The position numbers and the translations under genes were made by a program. Source: Phoronis australis (Eukaryota; Animalia; Phoronida). Taken from it: DNA of 64,000 nucleotides. Location: NCBI GenBank assembly GCA_002633005.1, contig NMRA01000026.1:767073-831072 (forward strand). The letters run 5' to 3'. Below, one piece after another: positions 11,784-25,138 of this stretch (the stretch's first letter is position 1; each line of letters begins with the position of its first letter). Under the pieces are notes generated by a model. It ran no database searches and was not told where the DNA came from. It worked only from the letters and a program-made list of their open reading frames with translations.

Positions 11784-14137
11784 TAATGTACCATAGATAT
11801 ATCACTGCCTATGCTTTGAGAAATTGTGAGCATTCACATCAATGTTTGAAGCCCTTGAAAAATTTTGTCCGAAATTAATAACATTTTACCATAGCATTAC
11901 TTTGGTACTACATAAATGTTTATGAAAAATTGCGAAAATTTTACTTGTCCACCATACAATGTCCTGAATTATTGTCGGATAGTGAATGTCAAGTCACTAG
12001 TAAGTGCAGATGAAGGACTCTCCAAGGCCCTGTACGCACACTCTGATTTTTTGGACACTGTCCCACTTGCTGTCCCTCTTACTGCGTCCAGTGAGACCGG
12101 ACAGCAGATAATTTGAAAGTTACCTTTGAAAGTCGACCTTTTTATTCAAGTCCATTATTTGTGTATAAATTACTCATTGATGTTTGACTCGGAGAAATGA
12201 AAGACGGTTACTGTACTTTGCGAATCATCAGGAATTTTACTACTTTTTCGGGCAAAGTGTAGGCTCAGTTTGAACTTGGTGGTAAAGTTGTTGTGGTAAA
12301 CACATTATTCATGTGTACAAATACATATGGTATGAAAGCAATTATACTAAATAAGGTTATTTGTAACCACAATTCTTCCATATGGTTTTCTGTCCTCCAG
12401 GGTTTGACAAGATTAGAACACAATGTGTTCACTTGTCTTGTGTATCCATTAATGTCTTGTGTTACAGTTTAATCTGTAGAGCAGTGGGACATCTGCTTTT
12501 ACTATGAGGTCATCATGGGACACAATACAATACAGGAATTCTTCACTTATTTGACACAAAGTGAATTAAATCCATTTCCCATTCATGTTTGGGGTGTGTG
12601 AAATAAACTGTATATACAGAAATCCCTGGTTGACTGAGTGTTAAGCATGACCAACTGCCCATGTGTGAATTTAATGAAATGCTGCTTATAGGTTACCGAT
12701 CAGATTCAGTTAAAAGTAGGGAAGTTATTTTATCTTGTTCTAGTATAAGAGTACTTCATCTCATTGATTGTTGGTGAAACCCTCTATTGACCAAATGCCT
12801 CTAGGTCAACAGACTTGGGTTGAGGTCACCCTTCTCACTTCATGTTTGTAACTGCATGTGATATTCTGAAATAAATGAGGGACAAAATAATATTTTTGTC
12901 ATTAATTTTGAGTGTTCTAAATTAGTGTATAATTACCATTCATGAATAATTGTACTTTGCAAAATTCATGTGAAACATGCTGCAAGTCTGCTCTTTGCCG
13001 AAATAAATTTTCATTGAAGTCATAGGTGAATAGGAATCATCAAATTGAGACTGGCCTCAGCAGGAATTGAAGAAATACGCAATTTTAATGGACAATTAGT
13101 GGTTATAAACTGTAAGGTAGTTGGGAAATTCATCTAGTAAATTGGGTCATGCAGAAGTCATTTCTCCGAGTTTCGCTATGCGTATGAAGAGTTGCATGTC
13201 AGTTGTTCACTATTGTTTTTGTAGGCGTTAATTCTTCTCGAGTATCAGTGCACCTTTCATCTCATTCTCATTAAGTAAAAAGTCACGTGATCACTCTGAA
13301 GACGTCTTGCTCTCATGGAGTAAGAGTTCATTGGAGACGAACGTATGTGATGCACACTTGAGACATCGCCATTGGCCCCACGGTGGGTTCTTGGGTGGGT
13401 GCCATGTGCATTACAATCGGCAGTAATGTCTGATAAATGTTTGAATAAATATCTGAATGGTGCTTGACATGCCATACTTTTTAATGGCCTTAAAAGCGAG
13501 CATTGATCTCTCTTTATCGCATGTGCATAAAAAGGGATTGTTTGACATGCGAGACAAAATGACAATTAGTAATGAGTCATTAGTTTCCCACGCTTCCAGA
13601 AGTAAAACTTACAGTGCCATCACTACTTTGGTTTTGAAATTTTGCAAATATTCAGTTTCTATAGTATTTCAATTTCAGGTTCCTTAAAACAACGAAAACT
13701 TAAGTAATTGATACTAAAACTTGAATAGAAACAGTAACCCAGATCTGGAGTTCATTTCTACTAGAATTCAAATTGAATGATATCATAAAAGATGATGGAT
13801 GAATGGTTGAAAATTAAACTCAAGCCTACCATCACGAACATATGAACTGATCAAGAAGGCATTTCAATTTTCCTAGTCACCAGAAGTGAATGCTATGGGC
13901 TTGACCTGATTAATACCTAAGACATGGGCGCTCTGAATGTGGTCAGTGAACCATGCAACAAGATGCATAATTAAGCAATTATTTCCATTTGCTAGCATCA
14001 AGCAGATTATTGCTAACTGCTGACAGTGTTGTTCATTTTCTCACCCAGTCATTCTTATAGGGTGTACCACATATGGCACAATCCAAAGGTATTCAGACCC
14101 AGAGTTCCCTTTCTGACCACCACTGAGGTGGAAGCGG

Positions 14138-14255
14138 AATTCGTTGTCAGAGTAGTCTCCCCTGATGACTGAGAGGGGAATTAACAGGAAAGTTAGTAAG
14201 GTGGATAAGCCACGCTGTAATTAGCAACTGTCTGTCCTATTAGTCGTTACCAGTG
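14138..14255 (+). repeat. Dispersed repeat family A (GAATTC..GTC..AGTAGTCTCCCCT...AACAGG...GGTGG..AAGCCACGCTGTAATTAG)
   Basis: Recognisable copies at ~14138-14255 (+), ~16580-16770 (-), ~17760-17960 (+) and ~25458-25660 (+). Confidence 0.65.
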
Positions 14256-16907
14256 TCTATGCTGTTAACTGGACTGTAGTTTACCCACCATGGAGGGAGC
14301 ATTTTCAGCACATCTGTGGGGCTTAGGGCTGTGGGTCTGTGGATTTGAACCGAGGTTCGGATCTAAGATTTAAAGGAACTTGCATGGAATTTAGAATCAT
14401 GGCCATGGAATTGTTTTGACCCCTTGGAGAGGTTACCTGGATATACTTTCTTGCAATGTTGGTCTAAAAATCCAAGATAGTAAAAACCAATTGCAAAATA
14501 CGTAGCTGAGTTGGTGGCATCACCCTCTCTAACTCCTGCAGTGGTTTAAGCGGATTGCCGTGCTTTAGCTGAAAAATTTTAAAATTATTTTCCTCCAGTC
14601 ATGTACATTCGGTATAGGTATTTTTTCAAGACTGCTTGGAGACTTGAAGAGTTGTCACTTATGTAATCAGGTGTCAGGCCATCAGGAAGAAAAACATCAT
14701 TCTTGATTGATAGTGTCAGATAAATACGTCATGTCACTAGGTGTCATGTCACTAGATGTCGCTTGGGTTGTTAGTTGACAGCATTTTGCATTCTTGCTAG
14801 GGTTTAATGCAGTATGTTATTTCCAGCATTATTTATGGATTCCTTGTTTCCATCATGATGTCAGGTTGTTACTGTTGCGCAGTGGATCATGTTCAAAGGT
14901 TTCAGACAAAATCTCAAAATTTCATTGAAGTGATTACATTTCATCCCTTTCAACTGGGTCCTTCTTGCCCGGCAGAATTAGAAATTGGGTCAGGTGAACG
15001 GCACTTTTGTGCTCTCCCTATTGTAACAATTGTTTGTACAGTGTTTCCTTATTTCTAGAGCAATGTAGCAAAACTGCAGGTTTGTATTGAGTATAGACAT
15101 TTAACCTGTTTTGTTTCCCCTGGTCATTAATTTATCAAATGCATTGGTATAGTTTCTCGTGGATAATCAATTACTTTTTGTTTGAAGCAGTCCTTATTGG
15201 CAGGCTACTCTGGTGCCATGCTATCGATTATAAATTCCTTATAATGCTTACGCATGCTTGCTATGAAAATATTGGGCACCCTGGAGCATTGCTCTTGAAC
15301 GCATCATAATCTCCCCTGCACCCAGAAATCCTCCTATTAGAGCGAGATTGATGTTACCAACTTATAAATTGCCTCATTAGGAATGCGTATTTGCTGTGAA
15401 TCATACAGTGTTATTACTTAGGGAAATTTTCTGCCAATTAGGTTTGTTCCTTTCTCTCTGTGATATTGCATTTTTCCCTCGATGGAGTTGATTGTCTTCT
15501 GCCATATGTTTCACGTGCTCATTCAAAATCCGTGCCAACGCTGCACCAGTGTATTTCCGGTGAATGAGGCACCTCAGACATAATTGCGTAACAAAAAGCC
15601 CTGCCGGAGGTAATACCACTATTCTAGTGGGTTGCTCCTTTTTGTGCCATGTAAACTTGATTGATTTTAACTAGTCTGCTGTCCTTGACCATGTGATCTA
15701 TGGTGCTATGGTGCAATCAATTCACACATCCAGGGTTTTAGCTGGACTCGAATTCCTGCACTTACCTGCATTTCATGACACTTGGGAGGTACTTGCGGGC
15801 TTTTAGCCCAACACTTATTCCACGATACTTATCCTGGTAAACTCACATGTTCTGCTTATCATCCAGTTCTGAAATTTGAAAATTTTCTCTTTTTAAATGC
15901 CGGCGTTCGAGTTATCAATGTTTTTCAATTGATACTTCCATGAAAGTGAGCGTCTTTGTGAACGGCACCCTTCTCACGAGAATCTTAGCTCCCAAAACGT
16001 TGCTCACAATTACTTTAGGATAACGTAGTAAGTGAGTTTCAGCGCCATCTTGAGCTATTCGATCAGAAAATACGGTTTTTAGTGAATGGGACATGAAATT
16101 GTTCTTTAGGCTCATGGGCTTTCTAATAGTGTCTCACTTATGTCCAAAAATGGTGAGGAAATCTATCATTTAAGCGAACGCTCATCCCAACTTCTCAAAA
16201 ATTTTGCTTTTTTTAAACGCACATGCTCGGCTCAACACACGTGTTGAGTAGGCTCCATAAATTTTTGCTGGACTGATTTTCGTGTTTAGATTGGAAGGAA
16301 ATACTGGTTCAACATTACATGTTTGGCTCACACTGCTGTGAGGCCAAAGATAACAGCAATTGGTTGTGGTCTGCGGTTCTTTTGAAAATAGATGCAGTCC
16401 TGTGGTACTTTATCTATTCATATTTTTGAGAAAAAATCACTTTACTGCCTGCTGAAATAGATTGGGATCATTCGTTTCTTAAACAGCGAGTCGCAGGTTG
16501 GTTTTAAAATGACCTGGGCGCAGAGCAGAACCAGTTATGCTATTTTTTATCTCATCAGGCTATTTGGGTCCAAACACGGTATAGTTTTCAGACAAGATAC
16601 AATTTCCGGCTGTAATGCATATTTCTGTTAACAGCAAAAATGGCTCGTGATAACTGTGATGGCAACAAAATGTCTAGTACCAAAACACTTAGCCTAACCT
16701 CTTTAACTTTCCTTTTAATTTCCCTTCATTCTCGGCCATGACAGAAGACTTCATAGGCATTGAATTCGCCTTCGGTCCAGCTGTCCTGGCGGAAATACTT
16801 ATGACGTATGATATGTACCGTATTTACGTGCTTGATTAAAACTCTGGCCCTCTGGCTATTGATAGTTGGTGTAGCTGCGTGGTGATTCTTCATTTTCTCA
16901 CACAAAA

Positions 16908-17138
16908 TACCGTAGAAAATAAATCTGAAACTAAATAAGGCGATCCAGATCCTCCCAAGGATTGTTTCACGAAATGTAGAATATAAATAGGTAAATAAAA
17001 CAACAAGAATGGATCAACTGAAATTTTCGGATATAATAATCTCCTTCGTCAACAGTTTCTATTTCTGTTGACGAAGGACATTATTATATCCGAAAATTTC
17101 AGTTGATCCATTCTTGTTGTTTTATTTACCTATTTATA
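16908..17138. mobile_element. Insertion with 74-bp inverted arms carrying a minimal hammerhead-like motif (probable Penelope-like element pLTR fragment)
   Basis: Arms 16982-17055 and 17065-17138 with one mismatch and a 9-nt loop. Flanked by the direct repeat CTCACACAAAA (16897-16907, 17139-17149). Confidence 0.6.
17016..17057 (-). ncRNA. Minimal type I hammerhead ribozyme-like motif (C3U variant)
   Basis: Minus strand reads AACUG-UUGACGA-A-GGA(N10)UCC-GAAA-AU-UU-CAGUU: stem I AACUG/CAGUU, stem II GGA/UCC, palindromic AAUU stem III. Confidence 0.45.
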
Positions 17139-17207
17139 CTCACACAAAAATAATTGTCAAAATTGACATTTTTCGATTTTCCCATGCTGTCATGCTACAA
17201 GCAAGGT

Positions 17208-17296
17208 AATGGTCTGATATGAAGTGCCCGAATTTTGAGAACCAGTTTTCTCCATGAAACTGGTTCTCAAAATAGGGCACGTTTTATCCGACTATT
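17208..17296. repeat. ~90-bp hairpin element (GAGAACCAGTTT family)
   Basis: Arms GTGCCCGAATTTTGAGAACCAGTTT / AAACTGGTTCTCAAAATAGGGCAC. Related hairpin at 7181-7270. Confidence 0.65.
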
Positions 17297-18854
17297 GCTG
17301 CAAACAAAGGAGACTTATCCAAATGTTTTTTGTGATAGCTACTGAACAAACCAAGCTAGAATAAACTTTTCTCAACTTCTTATTTTTTGAGGAATTTCAT
17401 GAAAAGGTTTCCCTTTTCTGCAATACTAACAATACTTCTCTGTCTAAGTCTACTGAGTGCAATATCACACCTCACAACAAGTAATTTTATTGCATGATGG
17501 TCACCAATAATTAATTAAAAATGCTGGTAAGTACGACTTCGTTAAATATCCAGTCATGAACGTCAAACACCACTAGCTATGGTACAGAACTTAAACAGAT
17601 GGTGAAGTAAGAAGTTAGTGCTGTTCTTCTTTAATGAAAATGAGAACATTAAAATTCACCAGTCTGCTGTATTGTGTCCTTAATTAATGAAACTTTACAC
17701 CTAAAAATATTCAGACCAAATGACCTGGAATTCCCCGACAAAGTCGATGGGCAGAAGTCAAATTCACCATTAGAATAGTCTTTCCTCGTGACCTGGAATG
17801 GAGGGGAAGGAACAGGAAATTTAGTGGGGTGGCTAAGCCACGCTGTAATTAGAATTTTGCCCTATTTCAGTTATTACCAGTCATTTTTGTTAGAAAAGAC
17901 TAAGCCTTCGTGGCAGGAAACTGCGTTCTGTCTGAATACTTTTGGCTTTTACTATACCAGGTTTGTCAGACCACGCATTTGTACTGCAGCAAACAGCTAG
18001 TAAATACTCGAGTTAGTAGGAGCAGGATTTCATTTGATGCCAGCCATAAGATCCAGTGGGAATCTAATTACTTAATGACTCGTTCATTGTAAACGAGTTT
18101 TAGAGTTTGCTCCTGTAATTCATCAGTAATAAGCCAGTGCTACCTTCAGGGACATTAAACTGGTGTACAACTGTGAATAACTTATTTGATTAGAACTTTG
18201 CCACCATTCTGAGGTATAATTAAGTGCATTTTCAAGAGCTTTTAGATGACTGTGTGTGTTCCAACTGAACCCAATTGTCACTGTTTTCAGGTGGTAACTG
18301 TCAACTTATCATTACCATATTTCATCAACAGTTAATGTGTTGTAACCCAGTTGGTGCCTCGGTGTGCTGTTGTTTCCAATGAGATTTGACAGTAGCGCCA
18401 CCTACTCAGTTACAACTTTTACAACTGTCGTGTTTGCAGAAAGTTATAGCTGCACTGCAGTTACAACTTTTAAAACCAGTTTTTGTGTTCAAACCGAGAA
18501 TTATAACCCTTAAGCTGGTTTTAAATGTCATAACCTGTTGGTGTGAACAGGGTATCAGTCCAGTAGTGTATTAGTACGGTAGTTTAGTTATGCTGTGATA
18601 AACATCCACCCTTGATTTTTTCAAAACTTATGTTTTAACACCCATGCTCAGTCATGTATCCACTCTCAATTAGTACAATTTGTTAGTTTCTCTTTTGTCC
18701 TTGTGAACTTTCGTCTACCGAGAATTCAGCTGCCATAACCCACAGTTTGCATGTAACTTAACAGTACGTTGTTTGCCCAAATCCAGTGCGCGCTCCCTAA
18801 CAGTTTTCTGCGCCATCAGCGTGTGGATGCAAATTGCAAATGCACGCCTAATTC

Positions 18855-19040
18855 TTCACTTGTTTGATGCACAATATGGGTGACAAGTGAAATTCTATTT
18901 TGTAAAATTTCTTCAAAAAGTAAAGATTAAGACAGTTTTAGTATGTTGCTAGAAGAATTTGTTCTGTTTAGATGTCATAAGTTAGACAAATTTTGATAAA
19001 ATTTCAATTAATTGCGGTGAAGTAATTAGCCTTTTGAGAC
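18855..19040 (+). repeat. Dispersed repeat family B (CACAAT..G..GACAAGTGAAATTCTATTTTG..AAATTTC)
   Basis: Copies near 8670, 18855, 22490, 33930, 38565 and 40440 (+), and near 31860-32060, 61260-61480 and 62030-62090 (-). Boundaries approximate. Confidence 0.6.
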
Positions 19041-22000
19041 TAAATAGTCTTATTTATTGTGAGATTTGAAATTTTTGCTGCTCATGCTCCAAAAGTGTGT
19101 GTTCGATAAAGTTTCCGTTTAACTTTTGTTAAATTTATTGAGGTGCTAAATCTCATTTTTTATTCACTTTCATTGGTACTGTTGTATAATCACGTAACTG
19201 GTGCCAACACGAAATTGACAGTAGCAATAACCCCTCTAAGCCTGTGTGGCGTGCCACTTTGAATTCTCATGGAAGCCAACTTTGAAATTTTTTTAGTTTT
19301 AGGTGGAGCCCGTTGTTTTTTAAAACACTGAGTTCATGTTCTCAATGACTCAGCCTATGCACTGAATAAAGTCAATTGAACATTTTAATAGAGAGATCAG
19401 CTTTAAGTTCTTGAATAATTCCAGATTTGAAGTTTATGATTTCAGCTTGAATTAAATACTGACTGTGAGAGGTCAAGAAAACGACATGTTCCTATGCATA
19501 AAGCATTTTCGTAATTTCAAGCACAGTTAAGTGTTACCAAATAATCACATTTGTTTCAAAATTACACATTCCCAATTATCAAGAATTGTCTCCGTGTTTT
19601 CAAAATTACCGGTCAAAGATTTTTAATGTGTATCTTAACATTTGAAATTCCCCTTGGTTTTGTTTCTATTTTGTAACCACGCATAAAACATCTGAAAGGT
19701 GGCGACATGCTTTGCAGTGTTAAACTGGGGACAATCAATAGATATCTCACGGGGCGACGGAGTAGACTCCCCAGTCGACAAGTACACGTGTTTGTTCACA
19801 GAAACGTCTTTGTACGTTTTATGGTTTGTTGGACACTGTTTAGCAATTAATAAGTTTCAATGCTGCAGCTGATACATTAAATTGTGGCTATGAAAATATT
19901 CAAAAAAACCTTGTACATGCTTTTTTTCTGCATGATATACTCATGTTAAGCTCATCGTTTACCGTATATCTGAAAGATTTTGCTCTAATGTTTTGGACGT
20001 AAAGCCGAAAAGCATAGTTACCCGGTAGTTCTAGTCTGAAGTTTTTTGGATATCGAGTTGGCGGATGGTGATACAGCGTTTTTTTAGTTGTTGACTTTTT
20101 CAAAAATGCAGTAATCCCGAATCTAAGGCCTGGTTGGTCTAATAGAATTGGTTCGAGTAAAACTCCCTTGTTACTTATTTGAAAATCTGGCAAACCACAA
20201 TTTCATTTTCTACTATACTGAGCACGAAGTCGTAGTATCTGTCATTGTTCATTTCTCTGTCTGTCTTGCTTTCTGGGGGTTCTAAGCCTGCGGCTAAACC
20301 AGCTAATTCCAGCCTGTCTCTAAGTATTAATCTGATGCTGAGACTCATCCCAGATTGTTTGATTAGTTAAAAGTCTTTGTTTGATCCCCCAATTCCAGCT
20401 AAAAACTTTATGAATGAAAAAATCAATTTGGGCTAGTTATTAAGCGCTTTGGCTGCATGTTATGATGCCCCGTCTTGGGAAGTCTGATCTGAGATAGAAA
20501 ATTAGTTTCAGGTCTGAAATTTTTGCTCAGTTAAGGTATACGATTTTCATTAGGTTGGGCTATTGTGAAATTGGTCGTTTGTTTCTAGTCTTAAAGAAGG
20601 GCAGTTTCTGTGTTATTAGGGCAATTTTTTGATAAGTGAAATTTATTTACTCATTTTTGCATAAATGACATGTAGCACCAATTTATGCTTTACGATGACA
20701 CCCTTGAAAAATGAGAAAAGGGCAATTTTAGTAATTATTTTTGTCAAAAATTGGTCAGATTTTACCATTGGGTTGTTTTGCTCTTATCAGTTTGTCTGCA
20801 ACGTTACCATGGTGTGTCGGTTCGGCAACAGCCCCTTAGAAATTGCAATGTTGTCCAAATTTCTTATCAACTCTAGAAATGTTTTACCATATGTATTGGT
20901 AAGTCAGCTGAGCTTGGTGGTGCTCTCTTTGCAGAGACAAAGATTGCAGACATCAGCAATTCAATAATTATTCAGTTTTGATAAACCTTACAGATGAATG
21001 TTGTCAGATGTAATTGCCTTCTGTATCTAACTATAGGCAGATAATTAGATATTAATGCAGTTTACAAAGCCATGTGTTTTATTTCTCTTGTCTTATACAA
21101 CTGGTGTTGACGTCTTGCTTATTACAGCTGTTCTTTATATGTTAAGAAATTATTACCCCCATTAAAGTTCAGAAGGATTGATGTTTTGGCATAAATGATA
21201 ATTAAACACTTTAATTAAAATTGCTGTTTTGCATGTTCTTGTAAACCGTTACCATGGAAACGTTTTAAAGGGCTTTCTGTGAATACTGGGATTTGCATTA
21301 ATGGAGAAAGAGTTTTAAGGGCAGGAATTGGCAATAGGGCGAGTGAAATTAGTGTTTTAGCCTAAAAGAACTATCTATAGTAAAATTATTCCTGTTTGGC
21401 CGCAATGTGTCAGAAATGTTTAATTACCTTTTCCAACAAAAGGTTTCTGTTTGTATCATTGCTACTATGGTTTGTGTAGCTCTGATTGAACTAGTTCCTT
21501 TGAAGGATTTTGAACATTTCATTTCACGATATTTACAAATTCAGTTATTACAGTAAAATGTTGCCAATTAAACACACAATATGACAAACAGGTGAAATTT
21601 TATTTTTTTCATATTTTCTTAAGTCTAGTTGTTCCAAATGAAATGCTTTGTCATTTTCAGATCCGTATTTATTAGCCTTGCCACACAATGTTTTGAAAAA
21701 TTCTGCGAATTCACAACAATGTTTGTTTTCTTAGGAAAAGGAAGAAAGTTTTGTTTTGGCTATTAGTTTTGCCCAAAATTGGCGAGTAATTTTTCATTTT
21801 AAAATGTAAATAAACTCACAGTTTTCGGACAAATTAATAGCCAAAACTGATCTTTTTCCAAATGAAAAAAGGGCAGATTCTGCAACTATTTTTGTCTGAA
21901 ATTGTTGAGGTATTACCTTCCTCAAACATTGTCTGATGGTAGGTATGGTATAAGACAATGGTCAACCATTTATTTTGTGTTTCTTCTCTTTTATAAACAA

Positions 22001-23850
22001 GGATTTCCGTTGCCCACGCCTTAATGAATCGTGAATTGGGTGTATTTTACCATTCAACTGTCATCTGACGTTTGACGATATTTTGAACGTACATTTGCCG
22101 CAGTTATGTTGCAAGCCTGTGAAATTTCGACGACTTGGTTTTGAACAAAATTACCAGTCCTCCGTATTGATAGAGCCTTGATCGTATTCCCAGAGGTTAG
22201 TCACTCCAAATTGTACCAGCTCTTACCAGCGTCCCGCGAGATATCATCATTCTTATGCATGCTTTAGGAAGCAGACGCATGTGATCTAGGTACGAAAGGT
22301 AAAAAGGTTAACTAGGATAAAGTCTCTATGTAAGAAGGTTAATAAATGTTTACCATCAAGTAAATCTACTTATAGAGGAATTAAATAGCATTAGATACTA
22401 TAGTTATGTACACAGTGTCCATTATTGAGAACCTAGAGCTGTGCTCAGACCAAAGCCTTGCTGTGACGGTAATTTTTCACTGTCTTACTTAGCTCACAAT
22501 ATGTCGGACAAGTGAAACTCTATTTCAAAGGTAAAGTTTAAGAAAATTCTAGTTTATGTTGTTTAGATGTCATAAAGAAAATTTGGCAAAGTTTCTATTA
22601 TCCGCAGCAAAGTAATGGGCTTTTCAGAAATAGAAAAACGCGACTTCCCCTAGTGTTGGCCATTCCGCAATAAATTCTGAAGCAATTTCTCCTGTTGCTT
22701 AGTGTTTCAAAGTTCTTGTTGAGAAATAGACTCCTATACTGGTTGGGAATATTGTGAGACTAATTTTATGTTGGTTTCCATTTTTAGCCAACAAAATGGC
22801 GAAATACATCTTAAACTATTTCACGTCCAGTGCTCATTTTAGAAAAAGCGACTGGGTCAGTTACCACGGTGGATCTTGAAGCTATGGGCCAATTTGGTGG
22901 ACCTGATTGGGCCATGTTAGCATTTTATGCCCATGTCTATTAAATTTTTGAGGGGGTGGCATTTTAAGGAGGGATTTCATCTGCTACCTTGTGTTTTAGG
23001 TGACGATGTCTAAACAGTTGATAACATTTCAGTTAAACCAAACATCAATCCAGAATTATAGGAATTAGTGTTTTCACCACACTAATATTGTTGTTTTTAC
23101 ACTGACAATAGTTGATCAGCTGCTCTGCATTGCAGTAGTGTTAAAATTTGAACACAATAGGTGTTATTCCAGACAAAATAAGACATGATTGCAGCAAAAT
23201 TTTAATGCGCCCCGTTGGCTCAAGTTTGAAGTAATCACAATGTGCCTATGTTCCAGTGACAAGGGGTACGGCATGCTTGTACAATTATCCAAGCACGCCT
23301 GGCCCTTCATTTTGTCAAGTATTGTCGTAATATGTGTACATCTATGTACAGCGACAAAAACAGTTTAATCAGTTGTCAAAAACGACTTTATTATTTATGT
23401 GTACTTTAATTTTGCAACACGGTTGATATGTGTTCCCATAAGGATAATGCAAGATTAAAAATTGCCAATTTGAAGTGTTTTCCAATATTAATTTCCCGAT
23501 GAAAATCTAATTGACTTGCACCTAGATTTGCACAGAATAGGTATTTCAATCATAACATTTTTACATTGATAATGGGTCTCAGCTACCACCGTAGGGGCAT
23601 GTGAAAATCCCTTAAGTATGACTTGGCACCGTTATCTAAATTCATTTGAATTTGAAATAATTGCTTCTAACACATTTTAGATTTTTAAAATTTACATTAT
23701 TTTTGCGCTCTCTTATCCAGATTGTCAACATTTCCTCCGTTTTGTTTGATTTTTGCCTTCATATTCAGTATTTTAACGTGATGGAAAATTGCGATTTCAC
23801 ACGAGTAGAAACAACAAGCGAATAACAATTAGCTTGTGTGCTGAAATTTA

Positions 23851-23870
23851 ATTAGCATATAAATAAACAA
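23851..23870 (+). promoter_or_regulatory. Candidate TATA promoter for exon 1b
   Basis: TATAAATA at 23858-23865, overlapped by ATTAGCAT (POU-type octamer variant) and TAAACAA (forkhead-type site). Lies about 120 nt upstream of the exon 1b ATG with no ATG in between. Confidence 0.45.
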
Positions 23871-23979
23871 GGTCTATTTATTGGTTAACACTTGTCTACA
23901 GAATCCTATTGAGCTGTTTGTTTTACTGGATTAAACATCAAGTATAGTCCTGATACAGTTTGTGTTGGGATTAGTTGGC

Positions 23980-24064
23980 ATGAAGTCCCATCTTAGGCTA
24001 CGTTGGCTTTGTTCCCTATTCCTATTCTTGGTGTTCTCTTGTGAACCACGTCTTTCCGAAGCGG
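23980..24064 (+). CDS. Alternative first exon 1b: signal peptide MKSHLRLRWLCSLFLFLVFSCEPRLSEA
   Basis: ATG at 23980, classic n/h/c regions ending S-E-A, donor G|GTAAGA at 24065, phase 1 matching exon 2. TATA box upstream with no intervening ATG. Confidence 0.75.
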
Positions 24065-24149
24065 GTAAGATCAGAGATTTTCGTTACTGACGTGAATTTT
24101 TCCTTGAACCATCCTCATTACGCATTCTACAAAAAACCCTTGGGTGACT

Positions 24150-24635
24150 CTCAGGGTCACAGGTTTTTCATTTTTGTATTCGAAATTGAACTCGAAATTA
24201 TTTTTGGTATTTTCTATTCTTTTTTGTGTGAACTCAAGATAATTGTCCTTTATTCTACGCTCGAGTACACAATAGCTGTTTTGGATAACTGCCAAATTCT
24301 AGTTTGCACTTGATGACCCCACCGTTGACGTTAAAAGTTTGAGTCTGAACACAGTGTCTCTAGTTTTACTCGAATTTGTAGCATAAATTTAGGGGTCGCC
24401 GGGTCTAAACTTAGCAACTCATGCAAAATCTCTAGTTTTACTCAAGTTTGAAGCTCAAATATAGGGGTTATCAATTGTAACCTTGGATTGGCGACTCATC
24501 TGCATAAACTATAATGTACTGGAGCACATACTAATAGCCACTTAGCTGGAGTTCGCACAAAAATAGAATAGAAAATGACAAAAATAATTTTGAACTCAAT
24601 TTCGTATTCAAAGATTGAACTTTCATGGCTCCTGC
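24150..24635. mobile_element. Foldback/MITE copy between exon 1b and exon 2
   Basis: About 100-bp imperfect inverted arms (GAAATTGAACTCGAAATTATTTTTGGTATTTTCTATTCT vs AGAATAGAAAATGACAAAAATAATTTTGAACTCAATTTC). Confidence 0.65.
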
Positions 24636-25031
24636 ATGAACGTTCAAATTCGAAATCTCAAAAAAAAATCTGGGGTCAGGTATTAAGCCGTCAGTATGTG
24701 TTTTTAAAAAAGGAAAATTCTCAAAATTCAGGGCTAGTCTTAATGTGAATTGTCAATTTTGGGTGAATAGCCATGAATTTATGCTTATGTACACCATTAT
24801 GTGCAGGAAACCAAGTCGACCAGATTGTTGACAATGGGAATGTGTTTTGGAACTAAAATGTGCATTTCCCTGTTATGGTTGTTTAGGGTTGGCAATTTCC
24901 TGAGCATGGGTGTTGAAAGTGATAAGTCAGAAAATTAGAAGGTCAGCATTTGGCTGTTTGAATGTAGAGGAGTACCATGTATGCTTAGTTATTTTTTGTA
25001 ATCATTAATTTAATTACGTTTTCATTTGCAG

Positions 25032-25138
25032 TCCACGCCTTGGGACCTGAATTTGACACTTGGGTCAGTAATGTGACAGTGGTTAGTGGACAGGAAGCCA
25101 TTCTACCATGTAACGTCAGGCACTTAGGAGAACACTTG
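25032..25138 (+). CDS. Exon 2: Ig1 N-half (V)HALGPEFDTWVSNVTVVSGQEAILPCNVRHLGEHL
   Basis: Acceptor ttttcatttgcag, donor TTG|GTAAGT. PxF...NVTV..G..A.LPC...LG pattern of Lachesin/DIP-type Ig1. Confidence 0.92.
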
